NCBI RefSeq assembly: GCF_000143415.4
Contig: NW_003314374.1
Location: forward strand, 331,225 to 395,224
Reading direction: 5' to 3'
Length of the DNA: 64,000 nucleotides
DNA from: Selaginella moellendorffii
Taxonomy: Eukaryota > Plantae > Lycopodiophyta
Shown here: positions 1 to 11,735 of the stretch, piece by piece
Layout of the letters: each line of letters opens with the position of its first letter
How positions within the stretch are numbered: the first letter of the stretch is position 1
Made by a program: the position numbers and the translations under genes
Notes under the pieces: model-generated
The model's input: only the letters and a program-made list of their open reading frames with translations
The model's database searches: none
What the model was told of the DNA's origin: nothing

Positions 1-512
1 CGGGTCGTCGTAGAAAGCGTCCTGCGTGCCATTGCCATGGTGGACATCAAAGTCGATGATAAAAACTCTCTTGAGGCCATGAGCGCGCTGTGTGTGCCTA
101 GCTGCGATGGCCACATTGCTGAAAACGCAGAATCCCATGGGCCCTGCCGGGACTGCGTGGTGGTCTGGAGGTCAGATCAAAGCAAATCCAATGGGGGCCT
201 TGGACCAGCCACACTCATCTGGAAAAAGTAAAGAATTACAAACACAAAGCAACGAAGAAAAAAAGCATCCAAAGCTCTATAAGAGCCTTTGGATTACCAG
301 GGAGTCGACCAGAGCTAAGCTTTCACCTGCTGCAAGCATGGATTCTTCATACGTCTTTAAGGCATTGTTAAAAATCTTGTAGCAAGTATAAGAAAACTAG
401 AACTTCTTTTCAAGGATTGAAGCATACCATGGAAGTAGCATAAGTTGGACCACTTCCTTTGATGAAGATGAGACCATCTGCAGTGGCTTTCCCCATTGCT
501 TGTATCCATACA
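1..512 (-). pseudogene. HDA14: HDA14-like histone deacetylase pseudogene fragment (runs off the left edge of the window)
   Basis: Reverse-complement copy of about 4889-5390, introns included. It encodes GPMGFCVF and [20 protein letters not shown], but has CGA>TGA in LIRPPGHH, a G>D change and a CAG>CAA acceptor mutation. Confidence 0.9.
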
Positions 513-829
513 CTTTGGACTTGCTAGCTAGTTCAAAGATTCATCCAATGTTCTATGTGAGCAAGTTTAAAGTTTGTTTGCACTTTGGTGATGTTGTGGA
601 CAAGTCCATTATTCAGGTCCTAAAGACTGATGTTGAGAAGGCTGGTTTGGCTAATATTTTTACTTAAAGATTGGTGAAAACATGCCAAAAGACAACTATA
701 GAATTGTCAGTTCAATAGAATGGTTATTCCATGGATGAAGCTATATGGGAAATTGAGGATGACATGAAGAAAGTGTTTATGAGTTTTGGTTATGACTTAG
801 ATGACATTTCTGAGGAAGAGGAAAATTAA
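506..829 (+). mobile_element. Degenerate chromovirus (Ty3/gypsy) integrase C-terminus with chromodomain
   Basis: Reads PYTLDLLASSKIHPMFYVSKFK...ELSVQ*NGYSMDEAIWEIEDDM: an IHPVFHVS-like motif and a chromodomain-like WxGY..EATWE motif, with in-frame stops. Confidence 0.75.
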
Positions 830-913
830 ATTTTATAGCCGTATGTAAGGAACCAACTCCCCAAGGTGTCGAAGGCTAAAGAATCCTCGAAATCATGATA
901 AAGATTTCATCAA

Positions 914-1212
914 ATGAGACCAAGTCCAAGATTAAGTTCGAAACCAACTCTAAGGCCAAATTCGAGACCAACTCTAAGGCCAAGTTTGAGACCGAGTCCG
1001 AGATCGAGTCCAAGACCGACTCTTAGACCAAGTTCGAGACCAAATTCGAGACCAAGTTCGAGGCCAAGTCTAAGATCCGATATCGGGTCTGAGACCGAGT
1101 TTGAGATTGAGTCCGAGACAGAGTCCAAGATCGGGTCTGAGATCGAGTCCAAGACCGAGTTCGAAGTCAAGTCCGAAATCAAGTCCGAGATCAAGTTTGA
1201 GATCGAGTTTGA
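914..1212. repeat. Degenerate 12-bp tandem repeat (GAGACCGAGTCC/GAGACCAAGTTC) related to the LTR-embedded arrays
   Basis: Clear 12-bp periodicity. The G-rich module that follows (1213-1320) matches the reverse complement of about 20765-20885. Confidence 0.85.
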
Positions 1213-3599
1213 ATATTAATATAGGTCATGGGGTGAAACCCCAAAGCATGTGTCTCCCAGGGGGGGGGGAGGGGGGGCATTGCAAGGGGTTCCAAAAGTA
1301 TAGTAGGGATAGTGAGGTTTAGGAACCAATCTTGAAGGAACTCTTCAATGGTGCTTCTAAACTGACTTGAGGTTGAAATTGGGGCCAAGGGGCCTTGGGT
1401 GGGAGTGAGCATGGACTCAGGTGGTGCTGGAGGGGCCACCCAAGGAAGTGCTCAAGAGCAACTTTCACTCCCGAAAGGGAAATCGACTGCAATGCTCCCA
1501 GCTCATGTGGAGTGGTGCCCCATTTGAGTACCTTGCAGCTCATTGGTCCTCGCCCTTCCTAGGGGCTTGGGCCTTGGGGGGGGGGGGGGCGGGGTTGAGG
1601 TACCCATATTGGTTAGGCCACAATGTTTCCTTGCGGCATTCTGAAGCAAGTGTTACACCCAAGGCTCGGGATTTAGAGGGTCCCATAATCAAGTTTTGTT
1701 GTACCAAGGGATGTTAAAAACCTGGAGGCTTGGTATGCTTGGCTGCTTGTGCTTGCGGAAAGTGTAGCTAAACCTTAAGTCCAGTCTAACCTAAAAAAGG
1801 GGATTGGGAGAGATTTAAGAATCTATGGATGGATAGCTAACGCTCTATTGTTCGTGCAGTGAATAGCTGAAACCAAGTAGAACCAAGTAGGAGCTGGTAC
1901 AATAGGCGGGAACCTGGCAAGGGAACTCAGCTAAAGCCAAGATAGTGTTAGTTAGATAGACGAAGTAAGCTGGCAAATTGGAAAGGAAAACTTTTGTGGC
2001 TTACAATTTGGTATTAGAGCATTTTCCTCGAAGCACAAGATAAAGGGATTTGTTCGCAGAAAATGAATATTCTGGTCCTCAAAATATTCCCTATTTTCCT
2101 TGTATAAAACCCTTGCCCCACAAGGGGGGGTGGGGTGCATTTTGCAAAGAGCATTGAAGCATTTCTTGTGTTTGAGTGAGAGTTGAAGGAAGAACCCATT
2201 GTGCAACACTTTCGGAGGTGTCATTTCTTTTTTTTTCTTTTGGCCGCAGACTTTGGGAATCAATTTCTTGTTCGTCTTGTGGTGGTTTTTTTTTAATCTT
2301 GGGCGTGTTGGATAGGTCTGGAGCACCTCTTTCCAGCAAGCTATGGAGCTCGTCAAGCTATGCAGTATTTGAAGAGATACAATGTTTCTTGGCTCGGTCA
2401 GATGAATATTTTGGGGTTTTCACTTTCTCGCCTAGATCCTCGACCTAATTTCCTAAGGTAGTGCATTTGGGCTTATAGATCTAGTCTAAATTTTCAAGTA
2501 GTGGTGATTCTTGGCACTAGATTTGGGCAAATGGACAACATGCAAAAGGATTTTCTTCTCCGGCTAAATTGGGTCATCTTTGTAGTAGGAATTTGTGCTC
2601 CTCCAGGCTTTGTTTTGGATGCTATTTGGTTCTAGAGATGCTCATGGTCCTAGGCTTTCTAAAAATACCAACAGCGCCTTAATATCAATCTACATCACGG
2701 ACATGCATATGTTTTTTTCACAATGTTGGCATTCTGGGTTACCTCTTCATGAATTTTGGGGAATATTGAGGTGGCTTCTTTCTAAATTCCTACGATAGAG
2801 GGTAGACGGGGCTGAGCCCTTTTCAATGAGCCCACCAACATTCAAAATGGAGAATGATCGAGACTAGAGGACTTATTTTTCTCTTTTGGGTTAAACTTTG
2901 TTGGGGGTTCCTTGGGAACGAAGCAATCTTTAAAAACAGGTAGCCATAGGAATAGGAACAAGAGGAGCAGGAACAAGAGTTGGCATAGGAATAAAGATAG
3001 TAGGAACAGGCACAGGGATAGGAGTTGGTGTTGGAGCAGGCGCAGGAGTAAGAGTGAGAGTAGGTGGTTACCGGTTACAGGTCCCAGTTACTTGTTACCA
3101 ATTACCAGTTACTCTAGTGGCTACTTTGACAATTACCCCACAGGTCAATGGTTATGTGTGCTTGAGGCCTACATCTTTATTTTCACCCTTATTCCTCTTC
3201 GTCACAGGCATTTTGAGCAACTTTGCGCAACTTGAGCACTTGTTACTCCTGTCAACCCAGTTGCTTTGACTGGACATTTGCAGTATTTAGGGTATTTGAT
3301 GCCAGTATAAACTAAACATACGACAAATTAGCACCCTTTTACCATAACTCGAGGCCCTAAGGTACAAAGTAAACTTTCTAACATTTAAAGGCAACTTAGG
3401 TATGGCATTGCACCTTCTTGGGCCAAGTCCTTGTCATCCTCGAACAAATTTCAGTGACTTAGATCTACGATCTATGGCGCAGCCACCTTGAGCTCAACCT
3501 CAACTCCATGTTCTGCAGAAGGGGAGTGATCTACTAACCTTCTCAAGTGTTAGAACAATCTCTCCAACATCACATATCAATCACTTTGATTACTATTAC

Positions 3600-3861
3600 A
3601 CCACAAACATAATCATCGACGATGATTGTATGTGCCGCGACTTCTTGCAATCTCTTAAAGGCAAAACAACAATTTGGGCAGATTCTCTCCTCTTAAAGGA
3701 CTGGACAGACTTCTAGACACTACTTGTTTCTTTTAGAAAACGCTTTGTTGAAGAAAAACCCACAAATTGGCTACTTGTCGACCTCTTTTCGTTCCAGCAA
3801 GATGCTCACGAGTCTATTCCTGACTACATCACACAGTTTCGAGCTTACTGGAAGCAATGTA
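3600..3861 (+). mobile_element. Retrotransposon gag-domain fragment
   Basis: IIDDDCMCRDFLQSLKGKTTIWADSL...DF*TLLVSFRKRF...QQDAHESIPDYITQF matches the Retrotrans_gag pattern (SLxGxAxxW, FxxRF, QxxxEsvxdY), with a stop. Confidence 0.7.
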
Positions 3862-3862
3862 A

Positions 3863-4340
3863 CATTCATGTGAAACAAGGTGACAAAGCCAGCGAGATGA
3901 GAGTAGTCTCTTTTGTCAAATATATGAAGCTCGCCAGTGTCCTCTGGAAGAGATTCCCACACGTAAGAAATGTGTGGCTTTCCACGGAAATGCAGGTAAG
4001 AAAGCCATTGACAAAGATTTGAAATCACAAAACTTTTGCGTGGTTTAGAACATCATGGATAAATCCAAGGAGTACAAAGGCTGGAAGTTTTGTTACAGTG
4101 ATGTTCCAAGGCAAGTTGGAACGATCAGGATGGCGGAGTATATGGCGTTGCTTGGAGACAAGCAAGCCTTCGACACAGCCTTTATAAACTTGGTCATGGC
4201 GGCCGAGTGTGATCTCTTTGTGGGAGTGTTGGGCTCGACTTGAAGCTATATAATTGACGACTTGAGGATGACCAGCGGCAAACTTAAGGCTGGCTTCCTC
4301 AGTGTTAACTCTATCAATGGCCTACTTCGAAATAAAACTT
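3863..4340 (+). pseudogene. 5'-truncated GT23/alpha-1,6-fucosyltransferase-like pseudogene (At5g28910-like)
   Basis: IHVKQGDKASEMRVVSF...WLSTEMQ|intron|...DKSKEYKGWKFCYSDVPRQVG...NLVMAAECDLFVGVLGST*SYIIDDLRMTSGKLKAGFLSVN. The conserved W codon is TGA and the 5' part is replaced by gag DNA. Confidence 0.8.
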
Positions 4341-4380
4341 TTTCTTTAACATAGATATCTTGAAACATTTTAGGTTGGGC

Positions 4381-6003
4381 ATGTCGAGTGAGTGGGGCAT
4401 GGTTTCTTGCGCGTTCCGAGTCCTCGCAGGATTGAGTTTACGTTCTTGTCACAAGGCCGCGGCGTTTGCAGCAACTGTGAGTGAAGATTTACGTATCTTG
4501 TACTGCTCAGCTCCTGCTCGGGGCCACAATCAAGTGAGTAATAAGTTCTAGTTCGACCGATTTCCTGTTTTCACGAATATGGATCTGATTTCCAGGAGGG
4601 TCATCCGGAGAGCATGCCAGAGTTCCCGCGATCCTACGCGAGCTGGATCGAGCTCAGCTTACTCCTGAGGTAAGAAAACATAGTGTATTGTGCAGATATA
4701 CAACATTTTTCACTCTTTGGCTTGAAATATTTTTTTCCCTATAGAAGCGTGGAAAGGAGATTTTTCGGCTGACAAACTTTATGCCTGCCTCCACCGCAGT
4801 GCACTCCATGTCCTATGTCCATGGCCTGGAAAAGATAAGCTTCTTATACTTCTAGTCTGGGGCGATGAAAAAATGTTGATGTGGTGTTGTGTGCATACAG
4901 GCAATGGGGAAAGCCGCTGCGGATGGTCTCATCTTCATTGAAGGAAGTGGTCAAACTTACGCTACTTCCACGGTATGCTTCAATCCCTGAAAAGAAGTTC
5001 TAGTTTTCTTATACTTGCTACAAGCTTTTAACAATGCCTGAAAGACGTACGAAGAATCCATGCTCGCAGCGGGTGGAAGCTTAGCTCTGGTCGACTCCCT
5101 GGTAATCCAAAGGCTCTGATAGAACTTCGGATGGTTTTTCTCTTCGTTGCTTTGTGTTTGTAATTCTTCACTTTTTCCAGATGAGTGTGGCTGGTCCAAG
5201 GCCTCCAATTGGATTTGCTTTGATCCGACCTCCAGGCCACCACGCAGTCCCGGCAGGCCCCTGCGTTTTCGGCAATGTGGCCATCGCAGCTAGGCACGCA
5301 CAGCGCGCTCACGGCCTCAAGAGAGTTTTTATCATCGACTTTGATGTCCACCATGGCAATGGCACGCAGGACGCTTTCTATGACGACCCGGACGTCTTCT
5401 TCTGCTCTACACACCAGGCAAGTTGAATCACAAATCAATAAGAATGCTGACAGAGTTCACAGGATGGAAGCTATCCAGGAACAGGGAAAATGCGTCAGGT
5501 TGGCACAAGGGATGGCGAAGGAACCACGTTAATTCTGCCATTACCAGGTGGTTCTGGGCATGCAGCCATGCTTACTGCTCTCGAAGAAGTCATCGTTCCA
5601 AGCTGCCTCAAGTTTAAGCCCGATATTCTACTTGTTTCTGCCGGGTAAAATGTCTCTTGCTGTGACTTTTTCTCATTTGCAAATGTGTGTTTCATGTAGA
5701 TATGACGCTCATGTTTTGGACCCTTTGGCCAGCCTTCAGTTCACCACTGCAACTTACTACCATTTGGCATCGACGATCAAGCAGCTTGCACGGGAGGTTT
5801 GCAACGGGAGCTGCGTTTTCTTTCTGGAAGGTGGCTACAACCTGGACGCTCTGTCGCTCAGTGTTGCTGACACATTTCGTGGCTTGCTGGATGACGAGGA
5901 GAGTCGCGCAAAACTGACGGATGATCCGGCTGTTTTGTATGAGGAGCCTCTTGTGGGAGTGAGGCGGGCAATTACCGAGATTAAGGCCATACATTCTCTA
6001 TAA
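4381..6003 (+). pseudogene. HDA14: HDA14-like (plastid class II) histone deacetylase, 8 exons, probably a pseudogene
   Basis: Motifs [28 protein letters not shown] and FFLEGGY. Lesions: a 74-nt exon 2 (4596-4669) with a frameshift in HPES.ARVPAI, the exon 3 donor mutated to ATAAGC, and a 9-bp deletion of MGF from GPMGFC. GC-AG intron at 5418-5462. Confidence 0.88.
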
Positions 6004-6061
6004 TAAAACGGATCTGGCGATTACGATTAAGATTGAAAAGGTTTTGAACAAAGTTGATTGA

Positions 6062-7495
6062 TCACGATAGCCTGTATCCCAGCTCGCACTCGCATTTCTC
6101 GATGTTTGCCAGCATGAACTGATCTGGGTACCTGTGGTAGCACGGCTCCATTGTCTCCCTCGGCAAGCAACCCAAGCTCTTCTCCTTGTCACACACAAAT
6201 TGCAGGGGCCGCACGCCCGCAAGCCCCGCCGCAGCGTATCCAAACGTTGACGGCGGGCTCGTCAGCAAGACATCGCTCATCGACAGCAAATAGATCTCCA
6301 TTACCGCTTTCGCGTCGTGATCCCAGTTCCCAGTGTGCTGCTCCCCCTCGCCGCTAGGCTGATGGAAGGTAACTATTGTCCCATCGGAGAGATCGTAACT
6401 CAGCATCTTCGCTCTGAGGGCCTCTGAGTACTGTGGATTGAGCGATGCCATGAGCACAAGCAGCCTCTTCTTCTTGGAGGATTTCGCTTCAAGAGCTTGT
6501 TCCTTGGCGGGTTCCCTGGTGATCTTGGGAAGTATTTTCTGTTGCACCAGGCAGTCGAAGGCATCCTCTGCGAGATTGGGCGGCGAGAACCAGATGTGAG
6601 TTCGCAGCTGGACTCCAAGTAGATGCTCGGCCTCCGCTAGATACGCATCGTAGTATCTCCTAGTCATGTCCCACACCGATTCCACGGGGTACAGGAGATA
6701 CCTCACCAGGAGATGGAAGACGGCCTCCTGCTGTGGAAACCACTCCTGGAGCTTGGCCCTGAAAGCCGGAACGATGAAGAGCGCCGTGGCAAAGTACTGG
6801 TCGGACGAGAGAACGATCCATCGCGTGTCGGTGCGAAGCGCGCGCTGGTGCTCCCCGCAGAAGAAGGACTTGTCCTCGTCCTTGTAGATGTTGTAGAGAT
6901 CGGCAAAGACGACCTCTGGGAACATCACGTCAAGGCTGCAGTTGAGGGATCCCACCAGGCTTCCAATCCGGATGGAGTCGTTGTGCGGCACGGACTCTGC
7001 GAGGTGCTTCCAGCTCGGAGGCAGCAGCCAGGAGCTGGATGGAAACGGCTCGCAGAAGAGCGTGTCGATGTTCTGCTTCCTCGCGATGAGCAGCACCCTG
7101 TCGGTGAGCAGCGCGTAGAGGAAAGTCGAGACGAGGGTGATCATCTTGTTGCCGATTCCCTGGTCGCCAGGGACGAAGACGAGGAACTTGCAGCTGGAGC
7201 TGCAGGATTTGTGCGGATCCTTGGAATCGGGCGCGCACCTCGCGTGCAGGGCCTCGTACTCGAGGATCTTCTTGTGGAGGGGCTGTGAAGCGCGGAAGCT
7301 GGGAAACTTGTGTCGAGTGTATGAAGTGTATTCGGCCCTGCTCCTGCACGAATCGTCATTTACGTTGGCGCGAGAGTAGTACCCCAGGCTCGATGATTGC
7401 GTCTTCGTCTTGGGCGAGTTCCGTGATAGCAACAGCAATGCAGTGGTGGTGAAGACGAGTGTCACAAACAATAAGGGCCTATAACTCTTTGTCAT
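6062..7495 (-). CDS. GT37 galactoside 2-alpha-L-fucosyltransferase (xyloglucan FUT family), intronless
   Basis: N-terminal TM anchor. Motifs GIGNKMITLVSTFLYALLTDRVLL, LFCEPFPSSSWLLP, FHLLVRYLLYP, GVQLR, EIYLLSMSDVLLTSPPSTFGY and MEPCYH. ATG at 7495. Confidence 0.93.
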   Translation of the reverse strand: MTKSYRPLLFVTLVFTTTALLLLSRNSPKTKTQSSSLGYYSRANVNDDSCRSRAEYTSYTRHKFPSFRASQPLHKKILEYEALHARCAPDSKDPHKSCSSSCKFLVFVPGDQGIGNKMITLVSTFLYALLTDRVLLIARKQNIDTLFCEPFPSSSWLLPPSWKHLAESVPHNDSIRIGSLVGSLNCSLDVMFPEVVFADLYNIYKDEDKSFFCGEHQRALRTDTRWIVLSSDQYFATALFIVPAFRAKLQEWFPQQEAVFHLLVRYLLYPVESVWDMTRRYYDAYLAEAEHLLGVQLRTHIWFSPPNLAEDAFDCLVQQKILPKITREPAKEQALEAKSSKKKRLLVLMASLNPQYSEALRAKMLSYDLSDGTIVTFHQPSGEGEQHTGNWDHDAKAVMEIYLLSMSDVLLTSPPSTFGYAAAGLAGVRPLQFVCDKEKSLGCLPRETMEPCYHRYPDQFMLANIEKCECELGYRLS

Positions 7496-7721
7496 CGTAT
7501 AGATAGATGACAAAGAGTAAAACTATTACTTGGGCAGCTAACTGCATTTCTCCAGAATGAATGGATCAAGTTAATATATTCAATAAGCACCGAACTCTTG
7601 AAGAAAAATTAACAACCAGGAATATAAGTTGATTACCAATCGCCACCCACCACACTACACTTCAATGAAGAATATAGGTTACCTTTAACTCTAGAATTAG
7701 GGCTGATTCAAAACTAACCGT

Positions 7722-9499
7722 TTAAAACAATTTGCCTTTAAATTCATTTTCCCCCACTCTTTGGGCTTGCGGCTTGCGGCCGGACATTTTCATCATTGGA
7801 GGCAGTTGCGGCGAGATGAGAGATTTCACGAGCTGTGATCCTTCTCTACCAAACGAATTCACGCACCTTCGCCCGAAACAGGAGGAGTTTTTAGTTTCGA
7901 TTTCCAGCGAGAGAACGAGGAACACTAACCTCGAGTAGTAGTCACTGCATTGGACGTAAAGGCCTGGACTGGTCTTCCGCGCTTCTGGGAGTTCCCTGTG
8001 CTCTTGCGGTCCTAGATTTGTATTCATCGCAGCTGTGCTCTCGATGCACGCACCGTCAAATCGCATGTTGTCTTCTTCGAGATTTGCCTGACAAGTAATA
8101 GGAAAGTTTTAGAATAAAGGAAAGTTTGCACTAGCCCACCTGTTTGCCTCTCGACACAAAGCTTGTCGCCCTTTGGAACACGCTCGATCCAGCCCGACGT
8201 AAGAAACCATTGGGAGGTGGTTTTGATGCGTTCTGCAAGAAAGGCCTTTAGGAAAACTAGTTCAGAAAATAGAGTTCGATATGAACCTCATCGGTCCGTC
8301 GACTTAGATCAGGCTCGGAGATGCTGCAAGCAGGAACTTTGCTGGCGTTCGTTTGATCTTCCATGGTATGGATGTGGACGAATTGTGCCTTGCTATTTTC
8401 GGGGTGGGAATAGAGCTCATTACATAGCCGAATGTATTCGAGAGAATGCGCCCGGCAAATTGGGTGTATGTTCTCTTTCCATCCTACACACGACGTTTTA
8501 GACAGAGTTTAGCCGGCATCAAAATAAGCACCTGTAAGTTCTGTACAAGGCGACTTTCCAAATCCATCGCAATCAACTCGAGGCTGGGATCCTTGTTCAT
8601 TTGCTTGAGTGCTTTCAGAAAAGCTCGAGTATACCTGTAAGATAAGCATGTCTTACGTGAGTTTTCCTGCTTTTGCTCCTAACTTACGCACTACCTCAAA
8701 GCTTCTTCCGTTTGTCCAGCCTCTGCGAGCATAGTTGCATACACTATTTTGTACGGTTGGAAACACACTAGTGTAAATTGGGGATATCCTTTCGTTTTCA
8801 CGTACTCGTATAGCTCCGTCCTCTGCATGAAGCATTTCGTTATAGTATTCGTATGTGACAATAGGAAGAAACCTTGAACGCGAACGGTGTGAAAAATGTT
8901 CTCAGGTACTTTCAATGGTCTGCACCTAATCCTTCTGTCACTGAAAAATGCTTCAGGATTTTGGTCGACCAAAAGATAGCACAAGTGCACTGCCGCCACC
9001 TGCGAGAAATATTAGATACTATCAAAATATTCATACAAACATAAACCAAACCTGTTCTTTCTGACCCCATAATGTGTCACCCAGTTGAGTGATCACGTCA
9101 TCGTTCCCAGAAGTCCGGTTTGTGGCCATTAGAGCAAGGTGCTCATGCCAATGGTCAAGAATGCCGCTTCCCTGATCAACTCGTAATTAAGTAGGCAACG
9201 ATTTTCCATAAATACACAGCATTACTTGATTGCCGTTCTCTCCAAATACATCCTCCGACTGGCTGCTCATAAGCAAGCTGAAAGTTCATAATGGACCTGG
9301 AGCCAATTGATGATATGCCATTTTTGAGATGGTATCAGAATATTATTAAAATTCAAAGCTGATTTGATAATGAAGCACGAAACTGTTTAATCTCACCTTG
9401 TCCCCTAGCTGAGATGCAAGAACAAGAGCTAGTCCCCACAATTGGCTGCCTTGTGCACACTTGAAGAGGTGTGGATACTCCTCTTTACTGGAAATCTAT
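7722..9499 (-). pseudogene. SEC16: SEC16 (MAG5-like) COPII scaffold pseudogene, 3' half, interrupted by an LTR
   Basis: Exons encode CAQGSQLWGLALVLASQLGDK, GPL*TFSLL (stop), EHLALMATNRT...QLGDTLWG, RTELYEYVK...FQPYKIVYATMLAEAG and SISEPDL. The homology ends at the LTR at 9500. The 3' boundary is approximate. Confidence 0.82.
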
Positions 9500-9754
9500 T
9501 GTTAGTAAAAAAACAAAAGAGAAAAGGGCCCAATCTCCAAGGGCTGAGAAGAAGGATGAATGAAAAAATGTTGTTTATTGATAAGAAAATGATGAATGGA
9601 GATAGGGATCCACAATTCAGATTCCCCCCTTTGAAAGGTTGGCAATTATAACTACCAACATATGCTATATGCTATGCATTATCTAATCTATGGCTCCGAT
9701 GCAGCCCTGGGTTCAAGGTCAAAGTCCCCTGAACCTGGGATTTTAGTTGATACA
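9500..9754 (-). repeat. 3' LTR (about 255 bp, TG...CA) of the minus-strand gypsy element
   Basis: On the minus strand the PPT AGGGGAGTAGAG directly precedes TGTATCAAC. The unit contains AATAAA and ends ...ACTAACA at the SEC16 junction. Confidence 0.8.
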
Positions 9755-9769
9755 CTCTACTCCCCTAAC

Positions 9770-11735
9770 AAAACTAGACACCGTCCTCGGTGCAAATGTA
9801 GTCACTTTCCATCGCTTGTTGCTGCTGCTGCTCAAGTTGATAGAGGTGATGCTTCTGCTGCTGGAGTGTAAGCTTGTGGTTGGGGACACTGTCTGGTGGA
9901 TCTCTCCCATCTTCCTGGAGCTCGGCTATCTCGGCCAGGAGGGCGGTATGATCATCCTCAAGCTTCCTGTAGCAAGTGTTGAGCTCTTTGTACTTGAATT
10001 TGTAGGTGAGTTCTTGAGCTGGTATGGGGTATGGGGTTGATGGCTGCTTGGAGATGATTTTCCTGATGTCCTGGAGGTCAGTGCGAATCTACTTCATCAC
10101 CTCGAGCTGAGTGTCTAGTTGAAGGGCTTGTAGAACTCTTTCTTGATTGCTCCCCGGGTGTATATGAAGGAGTCTTGCCTGAGAAGGTGCTGTATGATGT
10201 CCCTTGGTGTTGGGAAGTGGTTTGCTTGGTCGTGAAGCTCGCGGTGCATGCCTTGATCGAGGGCTTTGAATAACTTCTGGGTACAGTAGCTCTGGTCACG
10301 GAGTTTATCCTCGTATTCCTTCCTGATCTCATCGTAATCATGGCGTACCTGACTCTGTGGCTGAGGCATGGCTGCTGCTGCTGCTGCTGCTCCTGCTCCT
10401 GCTCCATGATCCTGGTGTTTCTCGCTAGGGTTCGCTGTGTTCTTGCCGGGAGTTGAAGTTGCAGGAGGCTTAATCTGCTTCGTTGGATGGGGTGACGTGG
10501 TCAGGCTGGATTCTTTGAGGTAGTTGGAGAGGAGCTTTTCAGTTTGATGCTGGATGAACAGCCCAGATGTGGCGCTGAAATTAATTTATCCGTTGGCAAA
10601 TTTTCCGCTTGGAATTTTGTTGAAGGGGCAGAAGTTTTGTTAATGCTAGTCGTGGCATTTGCTGGAGGAGGCATGGTTCCATGTTCTGCAAGTGATTGGC
10701 GAAGGTAGTCAATGTTTTCTTTTGTGGAACGTGTCGAGGAGGTTGGGGCGGTGAGAATGTTGTTTTCAGCTGGTGGAGAAACAGAGTTCTGGGCGAGCAG
10801 CTGACGTTTTCCTTTGGCGATGTTGATGTGTTTGTGAGAAGAAGTCGGTTTTGGGGCTGATTCGAGTGGATGCGGGCTCTGGGGTGAGTGTGGAAGCTGG
10901 TGTGAGTTGTCTTCATTGTCGCTGATGATGAGGTGCTCTTGGATCAGCGGTTTTGGAGCTGGATTCGCTGGTGTTTTGCATGTGAGGCAGTGGCAAATTG
11001 GAGTTGAATCATTGGAGTGTTTGTTGCTGGTGTTGCTGGAGTGGGTTGAGCCTGATTGTTGAGATGCTGGCTTCGGTTTCTTGCTGGGAGTTGCTCCTTC
11101 TGATTCTGACTGTTCTTTGGAGCTGTCGCTTTGTTCTGCAGAGTTCGTTTGGGTTGTCCATGGCTGCTTGTTGGGAAGAGCTTGGTGTGGAGCTACCAGC
11201 AGTGGGAACATTACTGTTCGCATGGTCTTTTTGTTGAGTGTGGTGAGGATGGCACGGTCAAGATGCTTGAGAAGGAGCTCGTGGAGATGATGAGCTTTGT
11301 AGACTTCTGCTGTGCGCTTGCCGATGGTGCGATCTGTTGGGCGAAGTTCGTAGTAGAGGAGGAGGGCTTTGAGGCCTCGATGTCCTCCCATGTGAGCTCA
11401 CTGGTAATCTCTCGATTGGCCTTGATGATTTGCTGTGGAACTTCTCCTGAGAATTTTAGCAGTCCCTTGTTGGAGATTTTGAAAACGGAGGCGATTCTTG
11501 CTGGGCTGAGGGTGATCTTGTTGGTGCCGTCGGTTATGGTGCTGTTCTTGGGGTGGAAGGAGGCGGCCAGCTTCCTTGCCAATTTTTTATCAGAGTGTGT
11601 TGAAAAGGCCTTGTGGAGGAGCTCGAATCCATGGTCCTTGAGCCAGGTGGTTGTGTCGTTGCTGGGAAGCCTAGGAATATGGTGTATGATGTATCTGAGG
11701 TGCTGGGGTGGATGAGCTGGTATCTTTCTCTTCAT
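9770..11735 (-). pseudogene. Frameshifted extra ORF between the integrase and the PPT
   Basis: Overlapping ORFs 11211-11735, 10501-11391 and 10115-10369, in the same sense as pol. The N-terminus (LAASFHPKNSTITDGTNKITLSPARIASVFKI) resembles the accessory 'plant transposon protein' domains of Athila-type elements. Confidence 0.6.

Noticed and set aside
910-1322. Low-complexity ORFs and a possible CRISPR-like array (also at 21043-21432 and 58840-59237)
   Set aside because: These are translations of 12-bp tandem repeats. There are no unique spacers or cas genes and the context is eukaryotic.
1950-3330. Cys-containing and Pro-rich reading frames that suggest a TE ORF
   Set aside because: Too eroded to assign to any family.
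1-5390. Pack-MULE or TIR element formed by the inverted HDA14 copies
   Set aside because: No element termini or TSD are visible, the inverted homology is purely genic, and the left end lies outside the window.
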